From positions 69,914,788 through 69,978,787 of the forward strand of contig CM120640.1 of assembly GCA_051362555.1 (NCBI GenBank): a stretch of 64,000 nt of DNA. Reading direction: 5' to 3'. The notes below the pieces were generated by a model. The model did not search any database. It was not told the DNA's origin and saw only the letters and a program-made list of their open reading frames with translations. Source of the stretch: Lingula anatina. Taxonomy: Eukaryota > Animalia > Brachiopoda. Positions 11,354 through 25,278 of this stretch are shown here, in pieces. The position numbers and the translations under genes are program-made. Every line of letters begins with the position of its first letter. Position 1 is the first letter of the stretch.

Positions 11354-14199
11354 TTAGTTGATTTGTTGTGCAATTAACTATAGAACCAGTGTAGATTAAA
11401 ATTAACTGAAATTATATTAGTTGTACATTTTATGTTATGTGTTTTATGTGACAAGTTCCTCCTGTAAGTTTTTAAGTAGTAAAATAATTCAATAAATGTG
11501 CCTTTGTATTCTTATGCAATTGAATTAAGGAAATGGTTAATATGTGAAATTCTTATCATCTTCCATAGGATACTCTGACACCGTTATGTATAACTTACAT
11601 TTATATTACAGCTGGTATTAAAATAAAACTGGTTACATGAAATCGGTCTTTTGCAGCATTTTAGAAACATTCTCATATATGCATATAGCTAAATCAAAAA
11701 AGAGAAATATTTTGTATGGCAAAAAATTATCTTGCCTTGATATCATTTTTATTTGCTTTATTATTATTTAATTTATTTATTGTAAAAAATTACATTTATT
11801 TGGTTTTGCACAGGTAATGATATCTACCACTTACTACTGTTGACATATACTTTCTACCAGGGCAGCAGATTATGTTATTATGAGCATTTTTCTGCAGATT
11901 GAAAGTCGAATCATGAAATAGATGGAGATCTTTTGGTAAATATCTGATGAAAGATCAATTAGACCTTGGTAGAGGGTAGCACATAGGTTGTGACAGTTCA
12001 TATTAATTCATGTTCAATGCCCTCATTTGTGAAGCATGTTGCATGGTAAATAAAATGAGTTTCTTAGTTAAACTTTCTAGGCCTGTTTTTCATATATTGA
12101 ATCTCAATATCAAGTATCACAATATTGAATTGATATACAATGGGTAAATCGACCCTTTATTTGCACAGGTTGCCCTCCCCACCTCTTTGTTTTTTGGTAT
12201 GAAGACATTTTTGGCAAGAAATTAAAATGCGGTGACTAAAACATTTGGCAATTCTCAAAACAGATCTTTGGGTAAAGTTGGGAGACTGAAAACGCCAATA
12301 TTTGTATAAATTTATAAAATCCCATACTTTCAAGCAGTACTCATTCCATGCTTGTGAAAGTAAAAGAATAAACAAAACTTTGGTTTCAACATTGTTTATT
12401 CAATGCTGGTGAACATAACAGCTAGCTCATCTTGTCCTACCACTGATAAAATGCACCTATCACCCACCCTGGGTGCCATCACTATCAAATGTGATCTGCA
12501 CTGATTTGATAACAGACCCAGGTCCAATACCAACAACAGACTACCAGCAGTGGTGTTTAGGACAGTTATTTTGATGAATTCCTTTTTTTTTTCCTTTCTT
12601 TTTCAAATCAAAGCAACTGGTAAAATGTTAATAAATCCGGAGACATGGATGATGGGGAAGAGAGCTTGTCAAGAAAAAAATACATTAATCCTCTAAGAAT
12701 TTGGTGACAAATTAGAAGCTTTGGCCAGAAAAAAGCATCTGTCTTCTACACATTGGACTTGAATACAACCAATACATAGTTCAAATATCAGATATTTGTT
12801 ACCAGCCAACAGAAAGCCCACTTCTTATAAAGATGAAGAAGGAAGGCCGCCTAACAAGGAGGATCATCAGAAAGATTATTGCACACTGAACTTGAGGCAA
12901 GCAAAATTAGTTTAAAAAAAGGTAAATGAAAATAACATTACAATAATTAATAATTAATGTACCATAAAGAACTGGTTAGTACACAGGTTTTCATTTCAAC
13001 TAAAGCTGATCATGGGGGGGCAACTGTGTTCAACTCATGTAACCATAGCAACAGTCCAATATCCCATATTACTGGGGTCTAATATCTCTTGGTTGATAAG
13101 TGTATTAATATTTCCTTTATGTGAATAATTCACCTTATCACAAATTAAAGATTAACAAATATTTCTTGTGAGATAACAGGCTAGTGCACTATGTCATACA
13201 TGGAATGCATGTCTTTAATAGTTATTATATTCATCTAGTAACAGCTAATCCTGGTTATAACTTGCACTATATAGCCATATGAAAACACTTAAGTGCACCA
13301 AATGTCTCACTGCTGCTTGCTGAGACTGGACTACTATTACTTGTATGTCTTAACTCTAAAGCACGCCTGCAATTTTTGACAATTCTAATCACAGATGGAC
13401 AAGACCACATATAATAGCACCATATTGTGTGTGTATTTTCTTACAGCTCTCTCAGTCCTTAATGTCATTTGAACTGACAAAGAGAAGTAAATAATTTCCG
13501 TATTAACATTTAACATAGAATGACATACAATCACATTCAGCATATATTATATTCCATTTGTATTGCCTTTTGTTTCAACAGCATTTCAGGATTAAGGTAT
13601 GCATTTTAAAAGAACATACCAACAAGATTTCAACACAATATTCAATATGCTGAAAAATCACTAAAACCAGATCAGACCAAACAGAAATTTGGCACACCTG
13701 GGGCTTTCAGAAGCAACTGCATTTTCCAACAGGCAGATGTTTTCATGTTAGCATAATTTCTAGTTTTAGTTCTCTTTCAATATTTTGTCAATATTCAATA
13801 TGATGTTTTTCTTAAAGCACACTGGAGTTGTTGTACGCTTAGACCGTCTAGGGCAGAAAAGTTAAAACTGTTTTACACATCTTCAGCTATAGATTCCACA
13901 CAAGAAAAACTCTTTGCCTAGTGTAAAAGAGATTCATTACAATGGTATTGCAAACACTGACTCTATGGGCCTGACTTTTTACAAAATTTTATAAAAAAAA
14001 AAAACTTTTTTCATGCTGTGCTTTCTTCTCATCTTATCTTATAACTGAGTAAATGTTTAGTTTCATGACAAAACAATATTTATGAAAACATGTCTGAGAT
14101 ACAAAATCAACACAAAAAAACCTAGACAAATAACCATAAAAATGAAACAAAATATACATAAGTTTCTTTTTGGACTGTTGCTATGATAGTGCATGTATG

Positions 14200-17100
14200 T
14201 TACACAGGGCTTGTCCATTTCACTCTCTGTTGCTTGAAGCCCTTTGTGCCATCCGGACCCTTGGGTTGACGTACCACAGTGACTCGCTGACCAGAGTCTT
14301 CAGAGACACTCTTCAAGCGACTAAGAAGGCGTTCAGGGCGTCTTGTTTCACTGGAACACCAAGATGAAAGATAAAAATTATTTTCCTTCACTAATTTATA
14401 GACACATTTATCAGAAATATCTTAAATGTAGAGAATATGTTCAAAACTAATAAGTCCACATATTTAATACTACTATACACATTGACCACAACACCAACTA
14501 AATCATTTTTGTTATAAGAATTTCACCGCTCACCAGATCTTCCTCAGACTACAGGCCGAGTATTTTCCATTGCGTTGATTCTGGACAACCACAAACTCGA
14601 CCTCATCACCTGGCTGAAGTTCAACCCCATCGTGGACCTCCGTCATGTGGAAGAACAGCTTCTTGGATTCCTCCGCCTCGTAGGTCAGGAATCCATACTG
14701 TGGCCAAAATTGAGAAAATATTATACACATTATTCTCAGTTCTACTGGGATTGATATTTAATGTACTATCCATGAATTGTACTTTGCATTAATGATAATG
14801 GTATAACAAAGTCACAGCGTGTGATTCTAATAATGGCTGCAATTTCCCATTTGCCAAAAAAAGTCCAGTAACCATAATCCATTCAGATTAGAATTGAGAG
14901 GAAATTTTAAATAAACAGTATGTTTAAACAGTCTTATAAGCCTCACTGAGCTCAGGTGCCAGACTTCACACAGTGCTATAAAATTCCATTATATGCTACT
15001 ATGTAAGCATGACCATCTTAATATTGACCCAAATGAGTTTAAATACAATGTCTCACCTGTCCCTTGACTGAGTCGACATGGGCGCGGATGTATTTCCTCT
15101 CAGCTGCCACATTGGTGGCCATCTTTTTGTTTGTCCCCTTCACCGTACAAATCTGAAACTTGACGATGTCTCCCTTCTGTAGGAAGTCTCTCTTATCAGC
15201 CAGGCTGGTAATGCCATAGGGATACTTCTCTGCAGATGGATCATCTGTGGAAGGAGTGGAAATTAGGGGGAAATGTTCCAACAGTATTGCCAGGTTAAAA
15301 TTTTAAAAACTTGTTTTAAAAATAAAAAACTGTTAAAATATTTCCCAATCATGGATAGAATCAGCATCAGTGTGTAAGCACGTGTGCAGCAGCATCTGTA
15401 ACTACCTAGTCCAAACTCCACCCCCCCCCCCCCAACACACACACACAATCAGCTGTAACTACCTATCCCAACCCCCACAATCAGATGTATCCTAACTTTT
15501 CCCCAACCACCCCTTAGAAGTACATTTAAACACAGAACATTTTAACCAAAATGAACTCTCACCATCTGTTCCAACTTGTACTATTCCACAATACTCATCT
15601 TGGTCTGGGTTGACAATTCTCATAGGACGTATTATTTTCCCTCTCTTCATCCCAGGTTGATTTGCCTAGTGGAGAAATACAGGGGAAAGTTACATAGAGC
15701 AATTTACTTTAAATCTGGCAAAGATGCATCCCTCAACAGTCTGAAACCATTCCATTTGAATTTTATTTCAGAGTTAATGGAGATGCACTTTTTTCATCAA
15801 AGTAAAAAAATACAAATATATAAAAATTGCAAATGAATATACACAAAATGTAATTATATCACTGCAGATTGCCATGGAAACCATCATATATTCATTTACT
15901 ACAAATCAAATGCAGACTAACCACCACAGCTACAGTTCCCTTGGGGAGCTTCCTGATGTTCTCTGCACTGACTTTGGTGCTCTTCTTTGTGATCACAAAC
16001 TCAACCTCATCTCCAAGGTCCAACTCACAAGGGTCGCCTTCCACAGCACTGAAATTTTGAAAGTAACCTTTTATTAGTTTTTGTTTCCTTTTCTTATATT
16101 TCAGGAAAACTATAAAGTCAACAACATGGTGGTTTAAATTTTGTTACCTTAATTTACAACTGAAATGAGTTTCAATCTTATGATACAGCTAATATTTAAC
16201 ATAGTAACAGGAATATCCTGATTTCATTCATCATTATCCACATACTGTACCTGTAGTGAAAGAAAATTTCTCTGTCATGTTCTGCATTTTCAATGAATCC
16301 AAAGTTGTCTTTGAGAGTTGCAATAAAACCCTGTTGTCTTGGAGTGCTGTTGCGACTGAGAACCCTGATGTTCACAGCTGTTTTGCTACTGTTGCGTTTT
16401 ACTTCGGAGATATGAAATTCCACCTGGAAAGCATAACAATGTTGCCACATCTTTATTTTTCTATATTAAGCACAAATCAATGCTGTGAAAACATACAGAT
16501 ATGCTTCCACTTATGCGGAATATGGAATACCAAATACAGGTTCTTCATCAATATTACACTGATATTATAGTTTAACATTATCAAGCCACTTGCAACATAA
16601 ATAATACACATTCAGAATCGGCACTCCAATTTACCTTATCCCTATACTTTGGTACGTTCCATATTTACACCTACCTTATCCCCATACTTTGGTATGTTCC
16701 ATATTTACACCTACCTTATCCCCATACTTTGGTATGTTCCATATTTACTCCTACCTTATCCCCATACTTTGGTATGTTCCATATTTACACCTACCTTATC
16801 CCCATACTTTGGTATGTTCCATATTTACACCTACCTTATCCCCATACTTTGGTATGTTCCATATTTACTCCTACCTTATCCCCATACTTTGGTATGTTCC
16901 ATATTTACACCTACCTTATCCCCATACTTTGGTATGTTCCTCATGTCAGTAATAGACTTGAGGAGGTAAGAGATTGTCTGCTTTGTTCCATTGTGTTCAT
17001 AGCTTATCAGACCAAACAAGTCATTTGCTTCTTTATTTTTACCTGAAACAAAATGGTTGTCATAATTCAATAAAAGTCAATTTCAGACACAATACACATT

Positions 17101-20100
17101 ACATACTACTACAGCTAAGTGTTAACATCTGATCTTAAACAAAGAAGTGAAAAGAACATCCAATGATGGCGCTTAAGCTGAAGAACATTCATGTCCTTAA
17201 AAAGTCACTAACTTGGACTTTTGTGTGTTGCTGGTTCCTTCTCCACAACACCTATGTATTTATCCTTAGAGACGCTCTCAAATGAAATTGTTCCTTTTGG
17301 TAGTTGCTTGATTCGAATGGCAATATGACGACTTGGTGAGCTGGGATCCTAGCAGAGAAAAAAATCTTGTAAATATGTAAAAATTTAGATGAGGACACTT
17401 ATTACATGCAGGAGTAACAGGAAAAGTATCTTTATTTTAAAAATTCTCTCAGTGAAATAAATAATGCAAACTACTTCAAAAATATCCCATCAACACTGAT
17501 CTCATTGTATCCCTTCTCCTCTCCAAAAGAAGACCTAGGCAACACTGACTACAGCTACATACCTGAATGACAGTAAATTCTGTCTCATCTTGTAAATTTA
17601 TTTCCGAGTCAGGATCCAGACGCTCACTGAAGTGGAAGAACATGCGTGCATCTCTGTCTGCACATTTGATAAAACCATACCCTTCCTTCAATGTCACTAC
17701 AACACCCTGGAAAGGGAAAAGGAATATTTATGTAAGAGATATATCAGCAAAACAAATATTATTTTTAAGTCACAATTTCAATTCACCTTTACGTATAATA
17801 CCCTAAGCCTACAAGAACCATTTCTGTGGTAAGAACCATACAAATCTTACTTCCCACATAACAATTAGTAAAGTTCTGTTTGAACATGGCTGCCCAAAAA
17901 AAATATGATACTTACATACTCCCTCTTTTCAGCATTCACTTTAAATGTTTCTTCCAGAAGTCTGATGTTAGTTCCTCTTTGCAGTTTATCTCTTCTGTCT
18001 GTTGCAATGTTAAATTCAACTAAGTCCCCACACTGCAACGTGTAATCACCCTTCTGGTCCTTGTCTCCATAGGGGATCTCGACTGACCTAGATATGCAAT
18101 AAAATATTACATAGGGGATCTCAATTGACCTAGACATGAAATAAAATTAAGTTGCATAGGGATGGCCTACAAATGTAATAAAACATTACAAGGGAATCTC
18201 AACTAGCCAAGAAATAAAATATTATATTTGTGATCTTGATGAACCTACAGGACAATTGCCTCCTCTGGAAAAAACTTTATATTTGTTCCAACCCTTTTGC
18301 TGACAACTTCCTCCTTCTTATTAGTATTTTTTTTTTCACTTTACTTTTTCAAACAGTCAAAAAGTAACGAGAGGAGCACCCACGTACCCAGTTTTAGCTT
18401 GGTACACTATCCTGCCCGCGAGAGGATCACTCTGCCTTCGGTTGTGCGAGTTCTTCAGCGTTTTCTGAATTTTCCCTTTGGTAGTTTCCAGACTGACATC
18501 TTCAAATATGACAGTGCCTTCCGCCAGGTGCCTGATATCTACGGCTACTTCCTTACCCTGGGGGAAGGCAAGACAGGGAAATATAACATTTCACTTGTTT
18601 ACTTTTTGTTTTAATTTGGTGGATAAAGGATGAAGAGTAACAGGAATGTTACCAAAGTGACAAAATTGAAATTTTAAGAGCCACACATCTGCTGTTGTCT
18701 TAGATTTTTTTCCAAGGAAGTTTGAGGAATGTTACCAATATTATCAAACCCATTTTTGTTACATAAATAACGTTAACATCATTAATTTAAAAATCTACTT
18801 CATAAAGAAAAGTTGTGGCTTCAAATTCAATTTCAGGCAAACGAATCTCCTACGTTTCTGATCTGCACAGAGAAGTCCACGTCATCCCCTAGAATCAGTT
18901 CATTGATGTCATTCTGGTATTCACTGTAGTGGAAGAAGATCTCCCTGACGACATCTGCCCTCTCAATAAAACCAAAGGAATCCTTCATAGAACAGACCAC
19001 GCCCTGGTAGCGCTCCTGGACGACCTGGATCTTCTTGGCACGGATGTTGCCGTTCCTAGAAAACAGATGAAAAATACATCTTGTACTCCTGTACACCATG
19101 CTTCAATGTTGAAGCTTTTAAGTTTTCTCAAAAAACTGTTTCTTACTGCATACAATTAACAACACAGAATGTTGGATACTTTATGAACAATTGGGGATCT
19201 CCAGTTATGTATTCAAGTTTTTGTAATACTTTATAACTGGGTTGCATTACATTCATTCAGCAAAATATGAACGTCTATTGGTCTTTCAAAGAGACAGCCA
19301 ATATTTCATAAGCACCTTTTGTCAGTTGCCAAGAAGAAAGTGACTTTGTCTCCTGGTTTCAGTTTGAAACCATCTTCCACGTCTTCTTGGCCAAACGGCA
19401 CAAAGAACCACTCGCCACTGTTCTCATAGGACACTCTCCCCAGTCCGTCCTGGGGTCCTACACCAGTCAGAGACTAGAAGACAACAGAAAGACTCCTTTC
19501 ACCAAATGTTGGGAAAATTGGCCATTGTAAACATGCGCTATCAATTCTTGAAACGTTTAAAAATCTATAGTCACATTCTATTTCATCAAATGAAAATCTT
19601 AAAATATTCTGCAGTAATCATTTTTCAATATTCAACAGGCAGCATTTAGAGCATTATGAAATAATTTAGAAAGAGTATATTCCACGAATCCTTTGTTTCT
19701 TTTTTGTTTTTAACAAAGTTTCACAAACCACTACATGTTCTTACATGGCGCCTGTTCACAGGTTTGGCCTCGGCAGCCACTGTTCCATTAATTCGTTCTG
19801 CACTCAAGATTTCATAGGAAATTTCACTGGAATCTGATTTGACTACACCACATGCTATTGGCTTGCCAGTTCTTTTGTCATAAGACTGGTAGAATTCAAC
19901 CGCATCTGGAAAATGCACCTCGGGTTATATTATATAGTATGATATGTGGCCCTGGCATTTCATCTAAAGTGGCTGTATGACCACCATGATTCCTTTTAAC
20001 ACCTACATGTATAGTCCATCAATCTGGACATCAACCACTGCAGATGGAGGTTCATTCATATATTCATAAGATACATTGTTTACTAATTCAGCTACCAACT

Positions 20101-23100
20101 GTATTTTCTATTGTACACATATCCCACCAATTTTACTCTCTACTATGATATTCAATTTTCATCAAAAATTCATAAATTCTACCACACAGATTGGTTCGAC
20201 TGAATTTTCAAATCAATAATTTAGGAAGGAATAACTGCTTTAAATACAGATGTGTGACTCCAGATATTACTCAGAAATCTCTGATGCCTCTACCTCCTAT
20301 TTTCACGTTATCCACATCTCCATTGTATTCACTGAAGTGGAAGAATAGTCTAGCGTCACGTTCACAGCATTGAATAAACCCATAGGAATGCTGGAAAAGT
20401 ACAGAAATAGAAGGCTGTTAGTACACACACGACCAAACTATTCACCTAAAACCAACAAAATGGCAATGGAAACATCTTATCTTCAAAGTGCACTTTGGGA
20501 AAGAGCATCTGGGAGAGGATCCTTTCTATCCAACAGGTGGCCAAGCCATGATATTTTATGCTTAATTGCCCTGTTAACTCTTATGCCATAGAATATTACT
20601 TAAACAGTGTAAGAAACATGTTCACCATCTGTGTTTATTCTGAATTCTTTCCAGTGCAAATAAAGACACACTTTTCACATTAAAAGGCTTTGCTTGATTT
20701 TTTTCTTATTGTTTCCATTAAGACAAGTTCTAAACAAATTTTTTTCTTATTGTTTCGATTAAGACACCTTCTAAACAAATATTCTATCTCCTGGCCCTTT
20801 TTATTAACATTTTATTCAATTATCCCTTATCTTTTTTACCACATATTAGATCATATGGATTACCCTTACATTACAATCAAGTTTCCATATTCTTACCAAT
20901 AATTTTTCAACAATTCCAGTTTCTCGAATCCCGCTGGTGAGATTGTTATTACTTCCAGGCTGTTGCTGTACGGCAATGTTTCCATAATTTCCATTGGTTG
21001 TTCCTGCTGTGGATCTCTCGAAGGCAAGGATGGCGGGGTCATGGGCTGGCGGCGATGGGAAAGCCTGGCAATTTACAAACACACACATAAAGCACCCAAA
21101 TGTGAGGCAATATATGGATATATAAAGTAATCTAACACTAAATGTAAGGAGCAGAAATTACAGTCTAAGCCTTCTTACTCTAAAATTATATATTAAATTA
21201 TAAATTATAACTACTTATCACTTTTATATCTGGTGATTCATAAATCATTGTGGTAGTAAGTTAACTAAAGGATAGAAGCCTTGTAACAAAGCACTTAAAT
21301 GGTTTTCTTCATCAATTTAAAATTTGTGTAATGCACAGAAGATTACAACATGTGATGCTCCAAATAAAAAGAAGCTTAATGCCTTAAATCAATATATTGA
21401 CAGGCTTAAATTCAATAGGTAGTTGGTAATCCATTCCCAGTACACAAATGAATTTAAGGGATAACAACTATTCATTTTGTCCAAAAAAAAAAATTTCCTG
21501 GGGTAAACAGCAATTTCCCCATGCTAATCAATGGTTAATGAATCTGTTCCGACATTCATAGTTAGTTCCTTTTTTTTTAAAGCTTGTATTTGTAATAATC
21601 TCTTCGGGGATAATTACAGAGGGGGTATCTCTGTATGGAGGTCACATGGTATGATGGCAAGCACAGATGGCAGAATAATTGCAATTGAGCCAAATAGAAT
21701 TTATTATACTTCTACTAGTTATTTACAATGTATTTATTATGAAATATGAATCTTATACAAAGAGATGTAATCCCTTTAACAATTACCAATAAATTTTCTC
21801 TTCAGACAGCAATTAAATGAAAGTCACAGACTCCTGTCTGCTGCAAAATTCAGATTTGTAATTACACTTTTGGGTTTTTTGTAAGATGGATTTTCTTTTT
21901 TTTTTTCATCTCTTGCCCTGAATCTGTATACAATGGAGACCACCTCATTCCAGATAACAGAGAGTCCCCAACATGTCTCTCTAATCTAGCTGTCTAATGA
22001 CACAAGCAAGCCCACTTCAAGTTCAAACCAATCCTAGTGTGAATACAACCTAATAAGAGAGATTACATAGCATGTCTTTATCACAACACAGCAGTGAGTA
22101 GTCTAATTTTACAAACAGACTCTCTACTACAGGTACACAGCATCCTCTGTCTGTAGAACTCGTAGGAAAGGAACCCGACACTACACAGCTGCTGGACATA
22201 CATTTATTGATTTTTTCCCCTTTTCTTGGTTTAGGTTTTTTTCACGCAGGAAATCTATGTTACATCCTTGGTGTGTAATGTTATCACATCATCCTCCCTC
22301 CCAGATCCAGTATGCAGGCCTGCCTAACTTGACATTCAACATTGCTGGCATGAGCTCAATGCATGATTCATGATTGATGAAAATGAAACACCCAGATTCC
22401 AGACCAGTAAAATATTGCATAGCCTCATCTGTAGAGCACTGTAACTAAATTGGTACATAGTGTATGGCACTCTGTGTTCAAAGCCTGAGATCTTTCATGT
22501 GCAGAAAATATATGACAGTGTTACATAATAATTTGATAAACTGCTTTACATATTTCCATTTAGGGCAATGTTATTTTCTTCCTCTCTTTCTTCTTTTTCA
22601 TTTTACACTTCAGAAATACAACTTTTCTTTCACAATGTAAAAAGTAAGAAAACATCACATAATCATTAACAGTTTACACAAAAATATATCCAAAATTGTG
22701 ATGACTGTATAACTTTCAATTATAATCATACTGAATATTATTATTATTATTATTATTATTTTTTTTTTTTTTTTTTTTTTTTTTTTATTATCATTTTTAT
22801 TATTGTTGTTGTTGTAATAATCATCATTATTAACTATTTAAAATAATTCAATGGAATAAAAACCTGAACAGATAGTTGAGAAGCTCCCTCAATTTAGTTG
22901 GTGATTTCTAAAACTTTCCAGTATAACATACAAACAAGAAAGGAGGCAGCAATAATATAAGATGGTCTCTATCTATTTACAAAGGATTTCTTCAACCAAT
23001 GCCAAAACATTCTCAATAGACACAGCAGTATCCAATAAACCCCCAGACATCTCTACAGGATAGGGAATCCAAGGTTACCTAATGGAAACTGATCTTCATC

Positions 23101-23452
23101 ATGTGATGGAAAGCTTCCATATATTCATAGATGCATGTATTGATAAAAATGATGTGCCTCCAAATTCTATTACATTATGGATATTTACAGAATAAACATT
23201 AATTATTCTGTCTGACATTTTGACACTTACACGCCAGCCATCCTGATAAGATGTTATATCAATATATATCAAACATATGTGATATAGGCAATGTGTGTGT
23301 GTGTGTGTTCTAAGTTCTTTCTACGGTTTTATTACAAAATTTTAAGTTATTTTACTTAAATAAAAGTCTTATCATCTTACATCACAAGATATCATGAAAA
23401 TAATGCTTCAAGGTATTTGTGGAATTCTTACCTTCACCTGAGGAGTTGCCAT
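14200..23452 (-). CDS. CSDE1: Cold shock domain-containing protein E1 (UNR), ~16 coding exons
   Basis: Start MATPQVK (23452-23432) splices to [13 protein letters not shown] (from 21064). Five canonical CSDs with RNP1/RNP2 motifs ([20 protein letters not shown]; [20 protein letters not shown]; [20 protein letters not shown]; [19 protein letters not shown]; [21 protein letters not shown]) alternate with non-canonical CSDs. C-terminal SUZ-C motif [14 protein letters not shown]; stop at 14200-14202. Confidence 0.95.
16631..16940. repeat. 40-bp minisatellite (~7.75 copies) made of a CSDE1 exon end plus its splice donor
   Basis: Unit CTACCTTATCCCCATACTTTGGTATGTTCCATATTTACAC. On the minus strand it reads ...ACCAAAGTATGGGGATAAG|GTAGGTGTAAATATG. 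Confidence 0.95.
18068..18225. repeat. 42-bp degenerate tandem duplication spanning a CSDE1 splice acceptor
   Basis: CATAGGGGATCTCGACTGACCTAGATATGCAATAAAATATTA is followed by CATAGGGGATCTCAATTGACCTAGACATGAAATAAAAT and further decayed copies. Confidence 0.8.
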
Positions 23453-24458
23453 TGTTATTCTTGATATATTAGCGGCTTCAAGTTGGTTCCCTTTTTTGTT
23501 TGATGTTTTTGCTTGAATTCCCAGATGTTTTCTATTCCCCTCAGATGTGGCAGTGCTTGCTCTGACTTCTGGGTAAGATTATAGTGCTTCTTTTAAATTG
23601 ATTCGGCTTTACAGAGAAGTTGCTTCTTGTGGTACAAAAGGGACCAAGGAGATCAGGTAGATAGAGAGAGTGTCTAGTAGGAGAGACTGCTGAAAGAGTA
23701 AATTAATGATATTATGTTCTTTTTCATGGTGACTACTTTTAAATTGGAGGTCTATCCTTCTTATCAGCATAAAACTTTATATTTTCTACTTAACAAAAAC
23801 GTTATGGTAGTTACTCAGTAAAAGGTGTCAAAGGTCAAGTTCCTGCTTTTTCAATAAAATATGATTCAACCTCATTTCCTCTTTGTTCCAAGTTCTTCAT
23901 CTTTACCCCTCTTATCTCCTAACTCACACACAAATACAGAAAATTTCAGTCGTTCATTAGCAAATGAAAAACTGCATGAGTTCAATAAAATATAATCATT
24001 TTTAAACCTTCCTTTCAATATTCGCGTGATTTAATGTTAAAGACTCCATCAAGCGCAACCAGAGGCCAGGCCCATCCCTTTCTTTATGACCAACATCTTT
24101 TTTCAATCTTTTTCTCTAAGTTAGAAAAGTGCTACTACATTTCATCTCTGATTTTAGGTTAACTCGCTTCCATTTTCTTCAAGTGACAAAGATTTATCTA
24201 CATGGACTTGGGCCAAGTTTGATAAACGTGCCATTCTACGCAGTGATAAAAATGTAAACATAAGTCATGCCACAACAATGAAAATCCCCGTTCCTTTTGC
24301 CAAGGTCGACATAACAGTCAAGCGTTCAGAAAATATGAGTGTCACTTTATCAATTTCCCAAACACTTTATTTGCCAGTTTTTTTCCAGCCTTTTCTCAAT
24401 AAAATCTAATTACTTAAGTGAGTCTCGTGTATACTTTGAAAGCAAAATTTCAACCTAC

Positions 24459-24770
24459 CCCAGTTGAGCAAAGCACTGCAGGCATGCCGCCATGTTGAAT
24501 TTTAATGATATACTCTCATAACTTCTCGAAACTGTTTAAATGGAATGAGTGAAAGAAAGTCTTGTTTTGACTCATTGAAATCCATCAAATGCTATATTTG
24601 CGGCATTTGATTATATGGGTGTTAATATCATTCAGTAGAATGCATAATGAATAAAAAAGACATCAGTAGAGAGTACTACACATATTTTGATGACGTAATT
24701 ACCAAAACAAGTTTGAGGAAGGCCTTCGAGGAAGCAGAGAAAGAAGTGGTAACAGTATCTTTAAGGTAGT
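24459..24770. promoter_or_regulatory. Bidirectional promoter and first exons of CSDE1 (-) and CHMP2A (+)
   Basis: YY1-type motif GCCGCCATGTTG at 24486-24497 next to a minus-strand donor (~24458). ATF/CRE-like ATGACGTAAT at ~24690. Plus-strand donor AAG|GTAGTG at ~24765. Confidence 0.55.
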
Positions 24771-25278
24771 GTTGAAGTATTTAATCTGGTTTTTGATTTA
24801 CAATGATATCGAACATTTCACTTTATGATATTTTTCTAGACAACAATTAAGAATGTAGGATTTTGATTATTCTGCTTGATATTTAGGCAGTCTTTGAAGT
24901 AGACCTTTATCTTGGCCTGATTCAGTGATTGTGTGTCGTGATGATCATGAGTCAGATTGTAATATAAGCAAATAATTGAGCAACATGCTGTTGATAAAAG
25001 ACGTTTCCTTTTTTAACCCCCATAACATATTTGTCAGGGTAATATAATGGTGATATTATAGTTAGCTTTAGCTTGTAACCGTAATTTGCGTTTATGTATT
25101 GATAACACTTGTCTCCACTCCTGTTAAATCTCAACAACTATGAACTCACTTTTATTCTGTGAGAATAATTAACTCTACTACAGTACTACAGTGGATGATA
25201 GATTTTGTTTCAGTTTTGACCCACAAGACAAAAGTGGATCCATTGTTTCTACTTTTCCCTTGTATTCTCTGTTATTTG

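Noticed and set aside
16631-17046. CRISPR-like 40-bp periodicity and three overlapping repetitive ORFs
   Set aside because: There are no unique spacers and no cas genes, and the context is a eukaryotic intron. The ORFs are frame rotations of a minisatellite.
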